A stretch of 64,000 nucleotides of DNA, taken from NCBI GenBank assembly GCA_964106915.2, contig OZ066914.1; one strand, written 5' to 3'. This document shows positions 38,076 to 50,540 of this stretch, in pieces. The number at the start of each line of letters is the position of its first letter. Position 1 is the stretch's first letter. Under the pieces are notes generated by a model. The model was not told the origin of the DNA. It saw only the letters and a list, made by a program, of their open reading frames with translations, and did no database searches. The position numbers were made by a program, and so were the translations under genes. This DNA is from Podarcis gaigeae. Its lineage: Eukaryota.

Positions 38076-38267
38076 TATAAAAGCTAAAAAAGTCAACATG
38101 ACCTTTATGTCCTTACCAGCCCTATACAAGGGCAATTTCTATTGTACAATAGTTAATAGAGTTAATGTGAGTTTCTGCTTAAAAAATAATTCTAAAGGGT
38201 CTTTCTAATTAGGCTGTTGGTTAAAGAGTGTCCTAGGATAAAAGCTGCAAAATATCAGTGCACATAC

Positions 38268-38432
38268 CATTTTCTATGCTGAGAGTACATGGGTTCTCGA
38301 AAATATTTTTGATGTCAGGACAATTGGCCTGTGCTTTCCACGTGTTGGCAAATGCAGCTGAAGTTCCTTCTACTACTCCACTGGCAGCTTTGAAGTCATC
38401 TGCTTGGACATTGTTGAAGTTTCCACAGAGAC
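38268..38432 (-). CDS. MUC5AC: Mucin exon 15 (VWD2)
   Basis: GLCGNFNNVQADDFKAASGVVEGTSAAFANTWKAQANCPDIKNIFENPCTLSIEN; 165 nt. Confidence 0.95.
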
Positions 38433-38479
38433 CTGGAACAAAACCATGGGGACTTTAAATAACCAGAACAACAACAATA

Positions 38480-39205
38480 ATTTTATTATTTATACCCCGC
38501 CCATCTGGCTGGGTTACAGCACATAAAAAATGGTAAAACATTAGACATTTAAAATTTATCGATACAGGGTTGCCTTCAGATGTCTTCTAAAAGCCAGATA
38601 GTTGTTTATTGCCTTGACATCTGATGGGAGGGTGTTCCAGAGGGCGGGCGCCACTACCAAGAAGACCCATTGCCTGGTTCCCAGCAACCTCACTTCTCAC
38701 AGTGAGGGAACCGCCAGAAGGCCCTCAGAGCTGGACTTTAGTGTCCGGGCTGAACGATGGGGGGTAGAGACGCTCCTTCAGGTATACTGGGCCGAGGCTG
38801 TTTAGGGCGTTAAAGATCAGCACCAACACTTTGAATTGTGCTTGGAAATGTACTGGGTCTTTCAAGACCGGTGTTATGTGGTCTCGGTGGCCGCTTCCCA
38901 GTCACCAGTCTAGCTGCCGCATTCTAGATTAGTTGTAGTTTCCAGGTCACCTTCAAAGGTAGGCCCACATAGAGTGTGTTGCAGTAGTCCAAGCGGGAGA
39001 TAACTAGAGCATGCACCACTCTGGTGAAACAGTCCGCGGCAGGTAGGGTCTCAGCCTGCTTTCCAGATGGAGCTGGTAGACTGCTGCCCTGGACACAGAA
39101 TTGACCTACGCCTCCATGGACAGCTGTGAGTCCAAAATGACTCCCAGGCTGTGCACCTGCTCCTTCAGGGGCACAGTTGCCCCATTCAGGACCAGGGAGT
39201 CCCCC
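38480..39205 (-). mobile_element. L2-type LINE 3' fragment
   Basis: VVHALVISRLDYCNTLYVGLPLK (L2/CR1-clade ORF2 motif); 3' end cccagccagatgggcggggtataaataataa. Confidence 0.8.
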
Positions 39206-39334
39206 ATACTCCACAGTACACCTTTCCTGTCAGGATTCAAATTTAAATCCTTGCAATCCTTTATACAGCATCACAGTGATTTCAGTGAACATCTCCTCTA
39301 TGTCTTGAGACTAATGACTAATTGACTCACTTAC

Positions 39335-39472
39335 CACATGTCTGCTCTTTGTGGGTTGGGTCCAAGCGTACAAATAATTGCATGATGGGCACGAGCTGGA
39401 TCTGTAACTGGAGGCCCCATTTTGTATCCACAATGATGAAGAAGGATGAGGGCCTGAAGATGGTGACATTGG
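39335..39472 (-). CDS. MUC5AC: Mucin exon 14 (VWD2)
   Basis: NVTIFRPSSFFIIVDTKWGLQLQIQLVPIMQLFVRLDPTHKEQTC; 138 nt. Confidence 0.94.
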
Positions 39473-39801
39473 CTGTCGAAGTGGAATATAATGAGTTTAC
39501 TAATGGGACCAAACATTTCATCAGGTGTCAACTGATCATTCATATGGCTATGGCATTTGCTACAAGGGGGGACACGAGGGTATGTGCATTTTGCATACTT
39601 AACAATGAGGTAACAACTGCTTATGCTTAGCATTTTAACCATTTCCCCTAGTAAATGGCCTTCAAGCATAAGAGAAAAGTCCAAAATCCTAAGAACATCA
39701 GAAGAGCCTTGCTGAAGGTATCCCTCATGTTGAGAACAATAATAGAGTAGGAGAGTGAAGAATGATGAATGTCATGTATTATCTCTGAAAGGAGAACTTA
39801 C

Positions 39802-39871
39802 ATGCTGAGATAGGCAGCTGGGAAAGGATCATATTCACATACACGACCCCAGTAGACTTGATCACAACTAC
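39802..39871 (-). CDS. MUC5AC: Mucin exon 13 (VWD2)
   Basis: VVVIKSTGVVYVNMILSQLPISA; 70 nt. Confidence 0.9.
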
Positions 39872-40718
39872 CTGACAGAGGAGAAAGGTAAAGATAATGA
39901 TGAACAAGTATGGTTAAAAATATCATATGCGCTTGTTTTCCTGTTTCTTTGTGACTTTGGATGACACTGCTCATGCACATAAACTTCCAACAAAATCCAC
40001 ATTGTATTGCATCTGTAGCAGTGAAGCCTCTGACACCAGTTGATTGTGCTGGAAATGAACTGTTCATGAATGCTCCAGCTGCTCAGGAAACAAAGCTGCT
40101 AGAATGTCTGGAATAACTTTTATGAGGGAAGGGACAACTGTCAATTGACTGGAATTAAATCCTCACCCAGCTCTCTATGGATCAGAGTAGGTTTGTGGGG
40201 CAGTCTGGAGAATGGGAAGAATCACAAGGAGATAAGGAAGCAAAGGGAGGGAGGGAGAAACCGGAAGCAGTTAGTTGAAGGAAGAGAGCACTAGGCCAAG
40301 AAACAGTAACCAGAGGAAAGAATAGATATGGGGAAGGAGACTTGAAGAAAGGAGCATTGGAAACAAAGAAGTGGGAAGAGAAGGAAAATGTGCAAGGAAT
40401 GAAAGGTGAAGGGCTTGAGGTTGTGGGGCAGTGGGCCTGCAATATTATGAAATCTAGACTGTGAAAGGACTTACTGTAACCTAGAGGAGAAATGAGGGCC
40501 ACACAAGGGGACTGAAGTTCACATTCTGATTGGGACAGGTCAGTTGGTTTATTGTTAGGAGTAGTAATTGAGACTAGGAGATAAAACTGAGCAGTTCTAC
40601 ACATTTTGCATAAGACTGAACATATTTGCTGTTTCACTGTGGGTGGAAGGAGTGCTTCTATAAATCAGTGTGTAATCTCCCTTTTGAGCATATAGTTGGC
40701 CTTGTTTTCCATACTTAC

Positions 40719-40829
40719 TGTCTCTCCTCCATCTATGTCGATGGCGATGCCTTTCAGGCAGGTCTCGGTGTCTGTCAGGCCACATTTTCGAATGTCTCCC
40801 AGAACAGTGAAGGCCTTACTGTCACAGAG
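40719..40829 (-). CDS. MUC5AC: Mucin exon 12 (VWD2)
   Basis: LCDSKAFTVLGDIRKCGLTDTETCLKGIAIDIDGGET; 111 nt. Confidence 0.93.
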
Positions 40830-41586
40830 CTGGAAGTGAAGAACACAGAGTGTAGGCAGCATGCAATACTTGGCTTTTTATATAACCATTATCGCATGGC
40901 TTTTGAGCTAGCTGGGTTGTTTATTTAAAATAATGACAGCCTGCTTTTCGTTGTCAATATGGGGCAATTTCCCACAATTAAAACAATATAATGTCGTTTT
41001 TACAACACGTTGCTAACATGTTTTAAAAAACAAAGTACGATATAAATAAGACTAAAACGTGATAATTTAGCAAGTCAAATATCATGCCAAGTTCCTATGG
41101 AAGATTAAGAGCTTGCCTAAACAAGCATACTTTACCTTGTATTTGAAAGGCAAGGAAGATCATAGAATTGACATTTCTCTTAGAAGGGTGTTTCACAGAA
41201 TAGGAGCCAGTGCTGTAAAAGGTCTATCCCTTGCTCCCATTGATATTTCATTGCAAGGAGCTAGCACATGAATAGGGCATCCTCTCCATTATCTTAATGG
41301 GCAAGAGGGCTCATGAGGTAAAAGAGCTCCCAGTGTTTTGCTGGACCAACACCTCCAGATGCTGCTGAACTACAACTCCCATCATCTCTGACTGTCCGGA
41401 GGCCACAGGGTCCCCATCCCTGGCTTAGGGCTTTATACAGGAAGTAATCTGAGGAGAGGTGCTGATTTGAAGTGAAAGCTTCTGGACTGGATGTAAACTA
41501 AATTAGTCATACTTTAGCCCCATTGAAATTAAGTATTGGCTAAGCTCAAGTCCCATTAATTTAATGGGAACTAAGTCCAACTAGAT

Positions 41587-41957
41587 GGGACGCAGGTGGC
41601 GTTGTGGGTAAAACCTCCGTGCCTAGGACTTGCCGATCGCATGGTCAGCGGTTCGAATCCCTGCGGCGGGGTGAGCTCCCGTTGTTCGGTCCCAGCTCCT
41701 GCCCACCTAGCAGTTCGAAAGCACCCCCAAGTGCAAGTAGATAAATAGGTACCGCTTTATAGCGGGAAGGTAACGGCGTTTCCGTGTGCTGCGCTGGTGC
41801 TGGCTCGCCAGAGCAGCTTCGTCACGCTGGCCACGTGACCCAGAAGTGTCTTCGGACAGCGCTGGCTCCCGGCCTCTTAAGTGAGATGAGCATGCAACCC
41901 CAGAGTCAGACACGACTGGCCCGTACGGGCAGGGGTACCTTTACCTTTACCTTTTTT
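41587..41957 (+). mobile_element. Sauria SINE, full length
   Basis: gggacgcaggtggcgttgtgg...ggttcgaatccc (B box)...gtgcaagtagataaataggtacc...(ACCTTT)n tail; TSD taagtccaactag. Confidence 0.92.
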
Positions 41958-41970
41958 TAAGTCCAACTAG

Positions 41971-42211
41971 CCAACCTAGCAGTTCAAAAGCACATCAAAG
42001 TGCAAGTAGATAAATAGGTACCGCTCCGGCGGGAAGGTAAACGGCGTTTCCGTGCACTGCTCTGGTTCGCCAGAAGCAGCTTAGTCATGCTGGCCACATG
42101 ACCTGGAAGCTGTACGCTGGCTCCCTCGGCCAATAAAGCGAGATGAGCGTTGCAACCCCAGAGTCGGTCACGACTGGACCTAATGGTCAGGGGTCCCTTT
42201 ACCTTTACCTT
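41971..42211 (+). mobile_element. Sauria SINE, 5'-truncated, different variant
   Basis: cctagcagttc...gtgcaagtagataaataggtacc...(ACCTTT)n; bounded by the same 13-bp sequence. Confidence 0.9.
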
Positions 42212-42829
42212 TAAGTCCAACTAGCTTAGTCTCAATCGGTGTTTTGTGAGATGAGCCTTGTCAATGAGGCTGTGTCCTTCAGATGTAGCATACACATAAA
42301 ATCTATAGGGACTCAGACCCAAGATTTTCCAGGCCCCATTCCATCTCCCCAGCCACTAAAAAACACTCTATGTGCTTGGTTTCCCAGTCTGAGAAATACA
42401 CTGCAATACTTAAACAGCAGTGAATTAAACTAGCCTTCCGCAACCTAGTACCCTCCAGATGTTTTTGGATTCCAACTCTCATCATCCCAGACCAGGGCCA
42501 TGCTGGCTGGTGCTGAAGGGGGTTGTTGACCAAAATATCCAGGTTGAGGAAGGTTGAATTGAACAGTTGCATATGAAATCCCCAAAGCATGGCAACTGCA
42601 GTTCTTTCCTATGGGACTTTTGCAAAAGGCTGCTGACATCAACGTACTTATTTTATTTTGGACTTTTTGCTGGGGTTTCCTGTGTACAGAAAATTACTGT
42701 TGATGTCAATAGCTTAATTAAATCAAACCTTTTTCCTGCAACATTCTAACCAAGCAATTTCGACCCCTGCATGTGGGGATTTCTCCAATGCAAAACCTCA
42801 CCAAAAGTTAAATATTGCCTTTTGGTTAC

Positions 42830-42968
42830 CTTAGTTAAGACATAGCTACAGTCCCCAAAGACCGAATAGCGTTTCTCATCAAATGTGGAGATGTGGGAGC
42901 CTCCTTCAACAGAGCACATTCCGGGGCAGTCAAGGCTGACACAGGCCCACTGGCCTCCAGTACATGTA
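42830..42968 (-). CDS. MUC5AC: Mucin exon 11 (E1/VWD2 start)
   Basis: TCTGGQWACVSLDCPGMCSVEGGSHISTFDEKRYSVFGDCSYVLTK; 139 nt. Confidence 0.95.
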
Positions 42969-43865
42969 CTGAAGAGAAGAGAGTGGGGTACATCAGGTGA
43001 CAGTGTACACAAGGAAAACAAAACAAGCAAAAAAGAAAAGTACAATAATTAAAGCTAGGCTATTTTAATACACTTATTTCCCTTTCTTTAAGTGCTGCTG
43101 TAGGTTGTGGTCTTTTATTAATGAACAACTTTTCTGTAGGTAATCCAATGTTCCTTGATGAGCTATAGCAATGTTAATAACTGTTTTTGAAAGATGTTGA
43201 AACAATAAACAATAAATCATAACCCGTGTATTCCTGAAGGCTTCATATTTCAAAACACACTGCCGAAATTGGGCCCTTTAGTTAATTTTGGAATAGAAAT
43301 GGATTGATGTCGCATATTTGAACAAAAGCCTCTTTAAACCTTCATCTCCTTCATATACAATATAAATGCATTCAATGGATTGTTGTTTTTTTATTTAAAA
43401 AATGGGGTTTCTCCTCCACCTCCTCCTTCACAATGATATTAACCTGCTCCTTTAAAAAAAATCCTCAAATATCTCCTCTTCTTCGTGAATTTTGATGTCA
43501 AATATACCTGGAGGGATATCCTAGAAACAGCAGGATATCCTTTGAATATGGATACCTGTACTTGACATTCAGCCATATTAATTCACTCATATTAATCTGA
43601 TGCCTGTCAGTTGGTGTTTTTTCAGTATTTTGTAGCTTATTTTGTTTCATATCATTTATAGTCTACCTTTCTTCTGTCACGGAACCCAAGGGAGCATCCA
43701 TGTGGCTCCATGCTGCAGTGTTTTAGCATTTGACGCAACTGATACTAAAGTAGTAAACATCAATACTGAGATTTTTTTTAACACCACAACATTCTACGCT
43801 TGAGTCATTATTCCCATCACATTTATTTTCTAGGCAATAGGAATGAGCAGATGTGGGTGTCTTAC

Positions 43866-43983
43866 CATGCAGTGCACTGGGATGCAAAAGAAGCTCCAGG
43901 AGAATAAGTGTCTCCATTGTAAGTACAGTGACAGTCCTTCACAGCGATGCAACCAGAGCTGCTTATGTCATCAAACACAGTGC
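43866..43983 (-). CDS. MUC5AC: Mucin exon 10 (TIL1/E1)
   Basis: GTVFDDISSSGCIAVKDCHCTYNGDTYSPGASFASQCTA; 118 nt. Confidence 0.93.
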
Positions 43984-44824
43984 CTAAAAGAATAAGGAGG
44001 TAGGTTAGGTATCAGTTTCATTGTTTTTAAGATCTGTGAGGCACATTACACCATTCCACTGACTTTGGTATTGTCATGCCAGACTCCTGATGGCAACCTA
44101 CCATGTTACCATTTTCCAGTAGCTCGAGAAATTGGCATTGTGGGAGCTGCATTATGTGGGATGTAATCCACTGGGAGCACTTAAGTACAACATTCCTTGT
44201 TTTGCTAGAGTGGGCATGCAAGGGAATGTTTGGTTCAGCCAGTCAAAACTTCCTGTCTTCCTGGCCTGGAGCATCCTTCCTTGCATGTGACTAGTAGGTG
44301 GGCATGACCTTTCCAGACCTGGTAAAAGGCAAGTCACGCTGCTACCTTCCCCTTTTCGACCTTCCTGTTTGTCCTGTCAGCTTCCTGCATCACCTGGACT
44401 GTACTGCTGGCTGCCACAGCAGTTCCCCATGTTATCTCCCATATGAGGTAAACCTGTTTGTACATGTGTGTAACTTTAAGCCTAAAGCCTGCCTTCAGGG
44501 ATCACACTGTGCTCTGCCTGATCGTGAGTAAAACTACTTTTTGTTACTTATGAATAAGACTGTGGTGTCTTTATTCTTTTAGGAGGGATTCAAAAGGGGT
44601 CTTATCAGGAATATTAGAACATATCTCAATCTGGGCAACCCAGATTGAATTGTTTATTGTCTTAAGAAACTCACATGAGTTTGCAACAAGTTTTCTGCTC
44701 TGTAAGAAGGGGAATGCACTCTAGCAGAGTGAAGAAACTTGCTAGTGCAAGTTGGGAAGGATATTAATAATCAATATATCCTTTCCTGCCACCCTCAACA
44801 TTCCCACACATTAAACACCAGTAT

Positions 44825-44868
44825 TAGTAGTAGTAGTAGTAGTAGTAGTGTGTGTGTGTGTGTGTGTG
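44825..44868 (+). repeat. Compound (TAG)n(GT)n microsatellite
   Basis: Seen directly. Confidence 0.9.
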
Positions 44869-45499
44869 TTCTTGACCAGGTTGCTTTGTTTTAAGAGCAT
44901 ACAAGCTACCATGCTGGATCAGTTCATTGAGCCATCCAACTGAACACCCTGCCCTCATAAAACTTGCCAGTCATTCACTCTCAGCAAAGTTCACAGGGAT
45001 TTCTTTTTCCCTCTTTCTGCTAATACTAGAACTAAGCATCACCCACTGAAACTGAAAGTTACTCAGAATAGCACCAGCACTCCAGCATGAAATAAATAAA
45101 TACATGCATTTTTTTAAAAATGAAAAAGAACGATCTTTTTGATTGTATGTATTTCTAGTTTGCCTTTCTGCAAGAGTGTATGACCTTTCCAGCAAGAAGT
45201 ATTAAAAAATAATTGAAAACATTTTAAAAATAAAATTAAAATATGCAAAGAAGTGTGCATATATTAAATTTTTAATTTGCCTATCCACAAAAGCACTCTA
45301 TAAAGATATATAGAAAAAACAAGATCCAAAATAAATCCAAAAGTGGGGGGTGGGATTAAGAACCACCCTTAATTTTCATAGCAGAGGATAGCAATCATGA
45401 CTATCTCATTTAAAATTGTAACTGAGGAAGCTGTTTTCTGTGGAAAGCTATTAATATCCAGAGCCCCTGCTGTCAGCCTAATGTTGTTTGTTGTCTTAC

Positions 45500-45625
45500 C
45501 TGGTGGACAAAAGCAGCCATCTGTACAATGATCTTCACAGAGCTGGGACCTTTCCGGATTGGTGCAAGTATTAGAACAGGGGGAGCCACATTCCTGGTGC
45601 ACCATATTGAAAGGGCATGTCTTGG
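45500..45625 (-). CDS. MUC5AC: Mucin exon 9 (TIL1)
   Basis: KTCPFNMVHQECGSPCSNTCTNPERSQLCEDHCTDGCFCPP; 126 nt. Confidence 0.95.
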
Positions 45626-45837
45626 CTGAAAGGAGACATGAATTAAGAAACATTAGATGACCTGCTATGTAATTTTTGTGTTGGTTGTTTTCTTGAGGTG
45701 AAATTGCTTTAAACAAATGGTGTTTTATGTTCTGGTGAGGGTTTTTTTTAAAACAGGAGTATGGAAAACAAGCCCAGTGAGGGGAAAATTAAGAAACTGG
45801 GTATATGTATACTAGGCAGAGACAAGAAAGCACACAT

Positions 45838-46130
45838 CTAATACATGAAGAACTGTTGCACCAAACAGGGAAAAATTGTGTCTTCTGCTGCCCCAGAAGA
45901 CAGGACTAAATCAAATGGGCTTAAGCTACACGGGGTAGACTTCAGTGGAACAGGAGGAGAATCTTTTTTGATGGAAAGTTCTATTCAAGAATGGAATCCA
46001 TTGCATGGGGTTGGAGAGTTCCCTCTCTCACTAGAGGTCTTTAAGCAGAGGCTGGGTAACCATCTGTTGGGCTTACTGGATTTCTGTATTAAGGAAAGGT
46101 TTAGGCTAGACGGCCTACAACAGTGCCCCC
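45838..46130 (+). mobile_element. Degraded CR1 fragment
   Basis: SAAPEDRTKSNGLKL...SLEVFKQRL resembles the CR1 ORF2 end at 28025-28345. Confidence 0.7.
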
Positions 46131-46190
46131 CACATTATGATTAATTGAGTCTGACCCAGAGAGGCGGAAGTGCCTTTCAGAGATACTTAC

Positions 46191-46407
46191 CACACAGATC
46201 TTCTGTCCTCCATTCCATTGGCAGTCCACCAGCATGGGCACATTGCCGGGAATATTCAGCAAAGGTGTTGCAAATGCAGTAATCAGTGGCAGACTTATCA
46301 CAGCTGCACAAGTCTTCTACGCAAGCATCAATGTAATCTTGTACTTCAACCAGTGCATTGCAGCCCATGAATGCTTCACCAGTCAATACTGTTTGGCAGA
46401 CAGTACT
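46191..46407 (-). CDS. MUC5AC: Mucin exon 8 (C8-1)
   Basis: STVCQTVLTGEAFMGC...CICNTFAEYSRQCAHAGGLPMEWRTEDLC; 217 nt. Confidence 0.93.
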
Positions 46408-46627
46408 CTGGAAGTAGGAAATAGACAGTGTGTGTAATCAATGGGCTTCATAAAGCGCCAGTTAGCTATTGAACTACTACTGATTTTAACCAATGATATT
46501 TGTAAGTTAGCATTTTTTTCCAAAGGTTCATTGTCTCAGTGTCTTTTGCACTCCCTGAAGACAAAGCAAAGGGAAAGAAAATATCAGATCTCCCTTAAAA
46601 AGAAGGTACAACAAAAAGAATCCTTAC

Positions 46628-46737
46628 AAACTCCTGACTGCAATTGCTTGCAGCTGAAGGGGCAGGATCTTGGCATTCTTCGGTGGGTCCATCCATCTTC
46701 TGCATGTTTCCAAACTGCACAGGATTCAGTTTGATGT
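46628..46737 (-). CDS. MUC5AC: Mucin exon 7
   Basis: IKLNPVQFGNMQKMDGPTEECQDPAPSAASNCSQEF; 110 nt. Confidence 0.93.
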
Positions 46738-47432
46738 CTGCAATAAGTATGAATAGCATTATTTTCAAAATGGTCATCCTAAAATTATAGTTAGAGCAGG
46801 AGTAGATAGGGTACAGCCAACCCTATTGGTCCAGGGTGGCACAGGCCACATCTTTATTTTCTTTATGCCAGATAAGTTTGGCAGATGGATGTAGAAGCAA
46901 GAGCTTGAGCCCATGAGGTGACAGCCAGGTCAACTACTGGAAAGATATATTTTAAAAGTCCCCACCCCTACCCATTTACCTCAAGAAAGCCCAGATTCTT
47001 GTCCCATACCTATATATTAACAAATTCCAAGTTGTGATTAATCTAACAGCTATAGTTCCTACTAAGGTCAATGAGGTTAAAGTAAAAACACCCACATCTG
47101 TCTGCATCATCTTGTTGGCAATCCCAACCAAGATGCCTTCCTGGCCACATCAAACCAGAAGTTGCTCAAGATCCATGGTGAATTCCCTGCTGGATGGGCT
47201 GTTATCCTTTAGGACAGATGGGTTGGTGCATAAGACCAAAAACAGAATGTAGGTCTGCCCTCTTTCAAACTTCCATGAAGGAATCCTACCCATGTCTGCC
47301 TTGAAAGATCCTGCATCCCAGACTAACACTATGTAGTGGCATAGGTCAGGGAGACAAGATATAGCCAGGTCAGAAACTTGGAGGAGGATGTTCTCTGCTA
47401 CATCATTACTCTCCTTGCTTGACACAAACTCA

Positions 47433-47618
47433 GGAAAGGGCCATAGCTCAGTGCTAGTGCAAGTGTTTTACATAGAGAAGGCCCCATGTTCAATTCCTGG
47501 TGTCTCCTGGTAGGACTAGAAGAGACCCATGTCTGAAACCTTAGAGAGCTGACACCAGCCAGCATAGACAGTGCTAAGCTAGATGGACCAATGGTATAAG
47601 GCAGCTTCCTATGTTCGT
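47433..47618 (+). mobile_element. tRNA-derived SINE
   Basis: A-box tagctcagtg, B-box gttcaattcc, body ending gtataaggcagcttcc; homologous to 60560. Confidence 0.7.
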
Positions 47619-47907
47619 ATATTCGAAGTTGGGAGCCCTGTTCCCACATTAAAAAAATATATACTCATGTTTTAAAGATGTAATAGACCATTTACACAAT
47701 TAGCTACAAAATAGACAGGGGAAACAAAGACTGCAATTTTTGCAAGAGATCACTTCAACAGACGAGCCTTGGTCCTTTTAAAATGCCACACAGCCTTTCA
47801 CAAGTGTTTGCCAATATAAACATTGCCGTCTTACAAATGAACTTTCAGAAGCAATAACAACAGAACTGCCTGTGTGCGTTGTTGTTGGGGGGGGGTTGTA
47901 TACTTAC

Positions 47908-47998
47908 TGTTAGAAACAAATTCATTGAAAGTTGAGATTCCATTGAAGTCTCCACAAAGTCCACAAGTCTGATTAGCATATTTCTCATTCAGTTCAAG
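47908..47998 (-). CDS. MUC5AC: Mucin exon 6 (VWD1, CGLCG motif)
   Basis: LELNEKYANQTCGLCGDFNGISTFNEFVSN; 91 nt. Confidence 0.95.
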
Positions 47999-49000
47999 CT
48001 AAAACAAATGGGGGAAGCAAGAGATAAGTATAGTGAAAGCACAGTGTTGAATATGATGAATAAAAATGAGAGCTGATGGCTGGTTTTGCATGAGAGTGGT
48101 GAACAACTGATATATAGATGAAGCTTGTAAATTGAGCTTGTAAATATTTACTACCTGACTGAGCTAATTTTGAATGGCTCATTTTGATTACTCTCTATTC
48201 TTAGAACAGTTTCCTCTTCTTCCTTGAACCCTTCCCCACATCATCTTCCATGTTTGTCTGACAGGCTCCCCAACCCCCTGGAACAGATTTGAGTGGGGGC
48301 ATGTGGGGCTGAAGAGAGAAGAGGGAAATGAAAAAAAAAGGAAGCACACTCATCACTTCTGCCTGTAGGAATGTCTGGTTAGTGCAATTCTGCCCCTTCA
48401 AGTTTTGATGCAACCCACTGAATTAAGATATTAACATGATGAAACATAATGATCAGACCACCAAAGAAATGATCCAAGAGCTCAAGAGAGCAAAAGGATA
48501 TATTGAATAATCATTCTGGTTCACAATATCAGGCATGACTTATGAAGTCACTCATGAGTAAAATAAAACAAAAACAAAAAACAACCCTTTTTTAAAAATC
48601 TCAAGAGTTGTAGCTATCTTTACATTTCACTTTTAAAATAGTCTGAATTTAAGTGCTGGATTGTGCTTGTGCTTTTATATTCTAAAGCGTGTGGCTCAAG
48701 ACCTTTCTCTAAAAGATATGCACTCAGGAATGCTGATTACATGAGAAAAGTGATTAATTTTTAGCAACAGCTTTCATCTTGTTTCCCCCCTCTTTACTAA
48801 GAAGAAGGTAATCTTGCATTAGGTAATCTTCAATGCCGAATACAGGCAAATTTGTTTTTTCCTAATTTCAAAACGAAATGGAGGGCATCACATCTAAACT
48901 GCAAATACTTTTAATCACCACTTACTTGCTAACAAACACAAGATAAATAGTGTCATGGTTGTTCGTTACAAAACAGCATATTGAGCATTCATATTCTTAC

Positions 49001-49115
49001 CAGAAGGCCATCCTCTTGGTTCCACATGATCACCAAGCCTAGCTTGGAAACAATTTTCAGGTAACCTGAGACTGTCTCCATCAAGATTCCCAAGTGGCTG
49101 TAGGGCAGCTGGACA
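49001..49115 (-). CDS. MUC5AC: Mucin exon 5 (VWD1)
   Basis: VQLPYSHLGILMETVSGYLKIVSKLGLVIMWNQEDGLL; 115 nt. Confidence 0.93.
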
Positions 49116-49563
49116 CTGTGGATAAAGCAAATTGCAACTGAAGGTGGCAAATAGAAAGCCTCTCGTTGACAAAAACATAATTCATCTTTTTAAGAACATT
49201 CATGGCATCCCTTCAATATAAACAGACACATGGTTGAAGCATATGAAACTACCCCATTCTTATATGACTTGAAGACTGATGTGGCCCAGGTCTAACCATG
49301 ACTATTCTCATGCAAAGACACTTTTCTCTTAACACTTTCACTTATAAATCAGCCTTATTCCAGCACTTTAGGTGCCTGATGATAGGATTATGGCTCTCTG
49401 AAAACACTGGAGCCTGTGAACTACAACTACAACCAATAAAAGCTGTGGCATTTATAACCCACCTTGGACTATGCATAGCTGTTTGCTCCTGTACCACACA
49501 GCCACTCTGTGTTGTTGGCCCCAATAGCATTAATAAGGTCGTTAGTAAAGTAACTGAACTTAC

Positions 49564-49825
49564 TGTTCTGCATTGACAGTAATGGAGTGTGGGGTCAGTT
49601 CAATGGCTGCTCCATCAATTTTTATGATGATATGGCTGATAATGGCAGCATTCTCAACCACAGAGCGCCTTATTTGGATGTTGAAGTCTTCATAATCAGA
49701 TTTGCAGTGGGAGGAAAAGACGTAGTTGCAGGTGCCAGGGAAATGGTAGATGTCCCCATCAAAGGTCTTGAAATGGAAGTTGCCCCATGTGCTACACACT
49801 CTCCCATTGTGAGCAGAGTTTCCGG
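49564..49825 (-). CDS. MUC5AC: Mucin exon 4 (VWD1 start)
   Basis: AGNSAHNGRVCSTWGNFHFKTFDGDIYHFPGTCNYVF...; 262 nt; canonical splice sites. Confidence 0.95.
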
Positions 49826-50468
49826 CTGTGGATTCAAAATAATCTGTAAGGTTCTACCCAAATCCTTTGCTCACCCACCCACCCACCCACCCACCTATCC
49901 ATTCATCCAAGAATCATCCTCAGTTTATCTTCAAAATCTACATTTCTATAAAATATGGCCACATGATATTCTTTTATTTGCTCTTGATCTGTTGTTTGAC
50001 CTTGAAGGGAAGCCCATGGGTTGTTTCCCTTTCCTTTGTTTCTTCCTAGTCCATTTCTAACCGATAGGATACTAAGGTTCAGTTTTGCAATCTTCCTTTC
50101 TGGAATACAGCTGCTAAAGAGCCTTTGAAGTGAATGGAATGGAACTTGGATCAGTGGGAGGAATCCAACTTCTTGCTAATGGAATAGTTCCATCAAGGAA
50201 AGCATTTCAGCTTGCCATATGGAATAACCCCCCTCCCTTCCACCCCACCTCCCCAACCCCAATCTGGGCACTCTCCCAACTCGCCAGAGCCAATGGTGGT
50301 GGGGGAGGACACAGGGGAGATGGGGAAGAGGAGCGGGGGAAGAGCCCCATTGCACAAGTGGAAGTCCTTGCATAGGGCTGCCACTGATAGGACTCATTTG
50401 TTGAAGTTCACCCAGTGGGTGGAAGATTATTGTCTAAAACACAAGAATGTGGTTTGTGGTTTACTTAC

Positions 50469-50540
50469 CTTTCACAGCCAGAGTTGTTCTCATGGGAGGG
50501 ATGATGGTCACAGGAGGACTACGAGATGGTTTGACAAAAG
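50469..50540 (-). CDS. MUC5AC: Mucin exon 3
   Basis: ttccatcag|...|gtaagt; 72 nt; FVKPSRSPPVTIIPPMRTTLAVK. Confidence 0.82.

Noticed and set aside
47433-47505. tRNA-like A/B boxes (also at 60570 and 41587)
   Set aside because: No intact cloverleaf; each continues into a SINE body.
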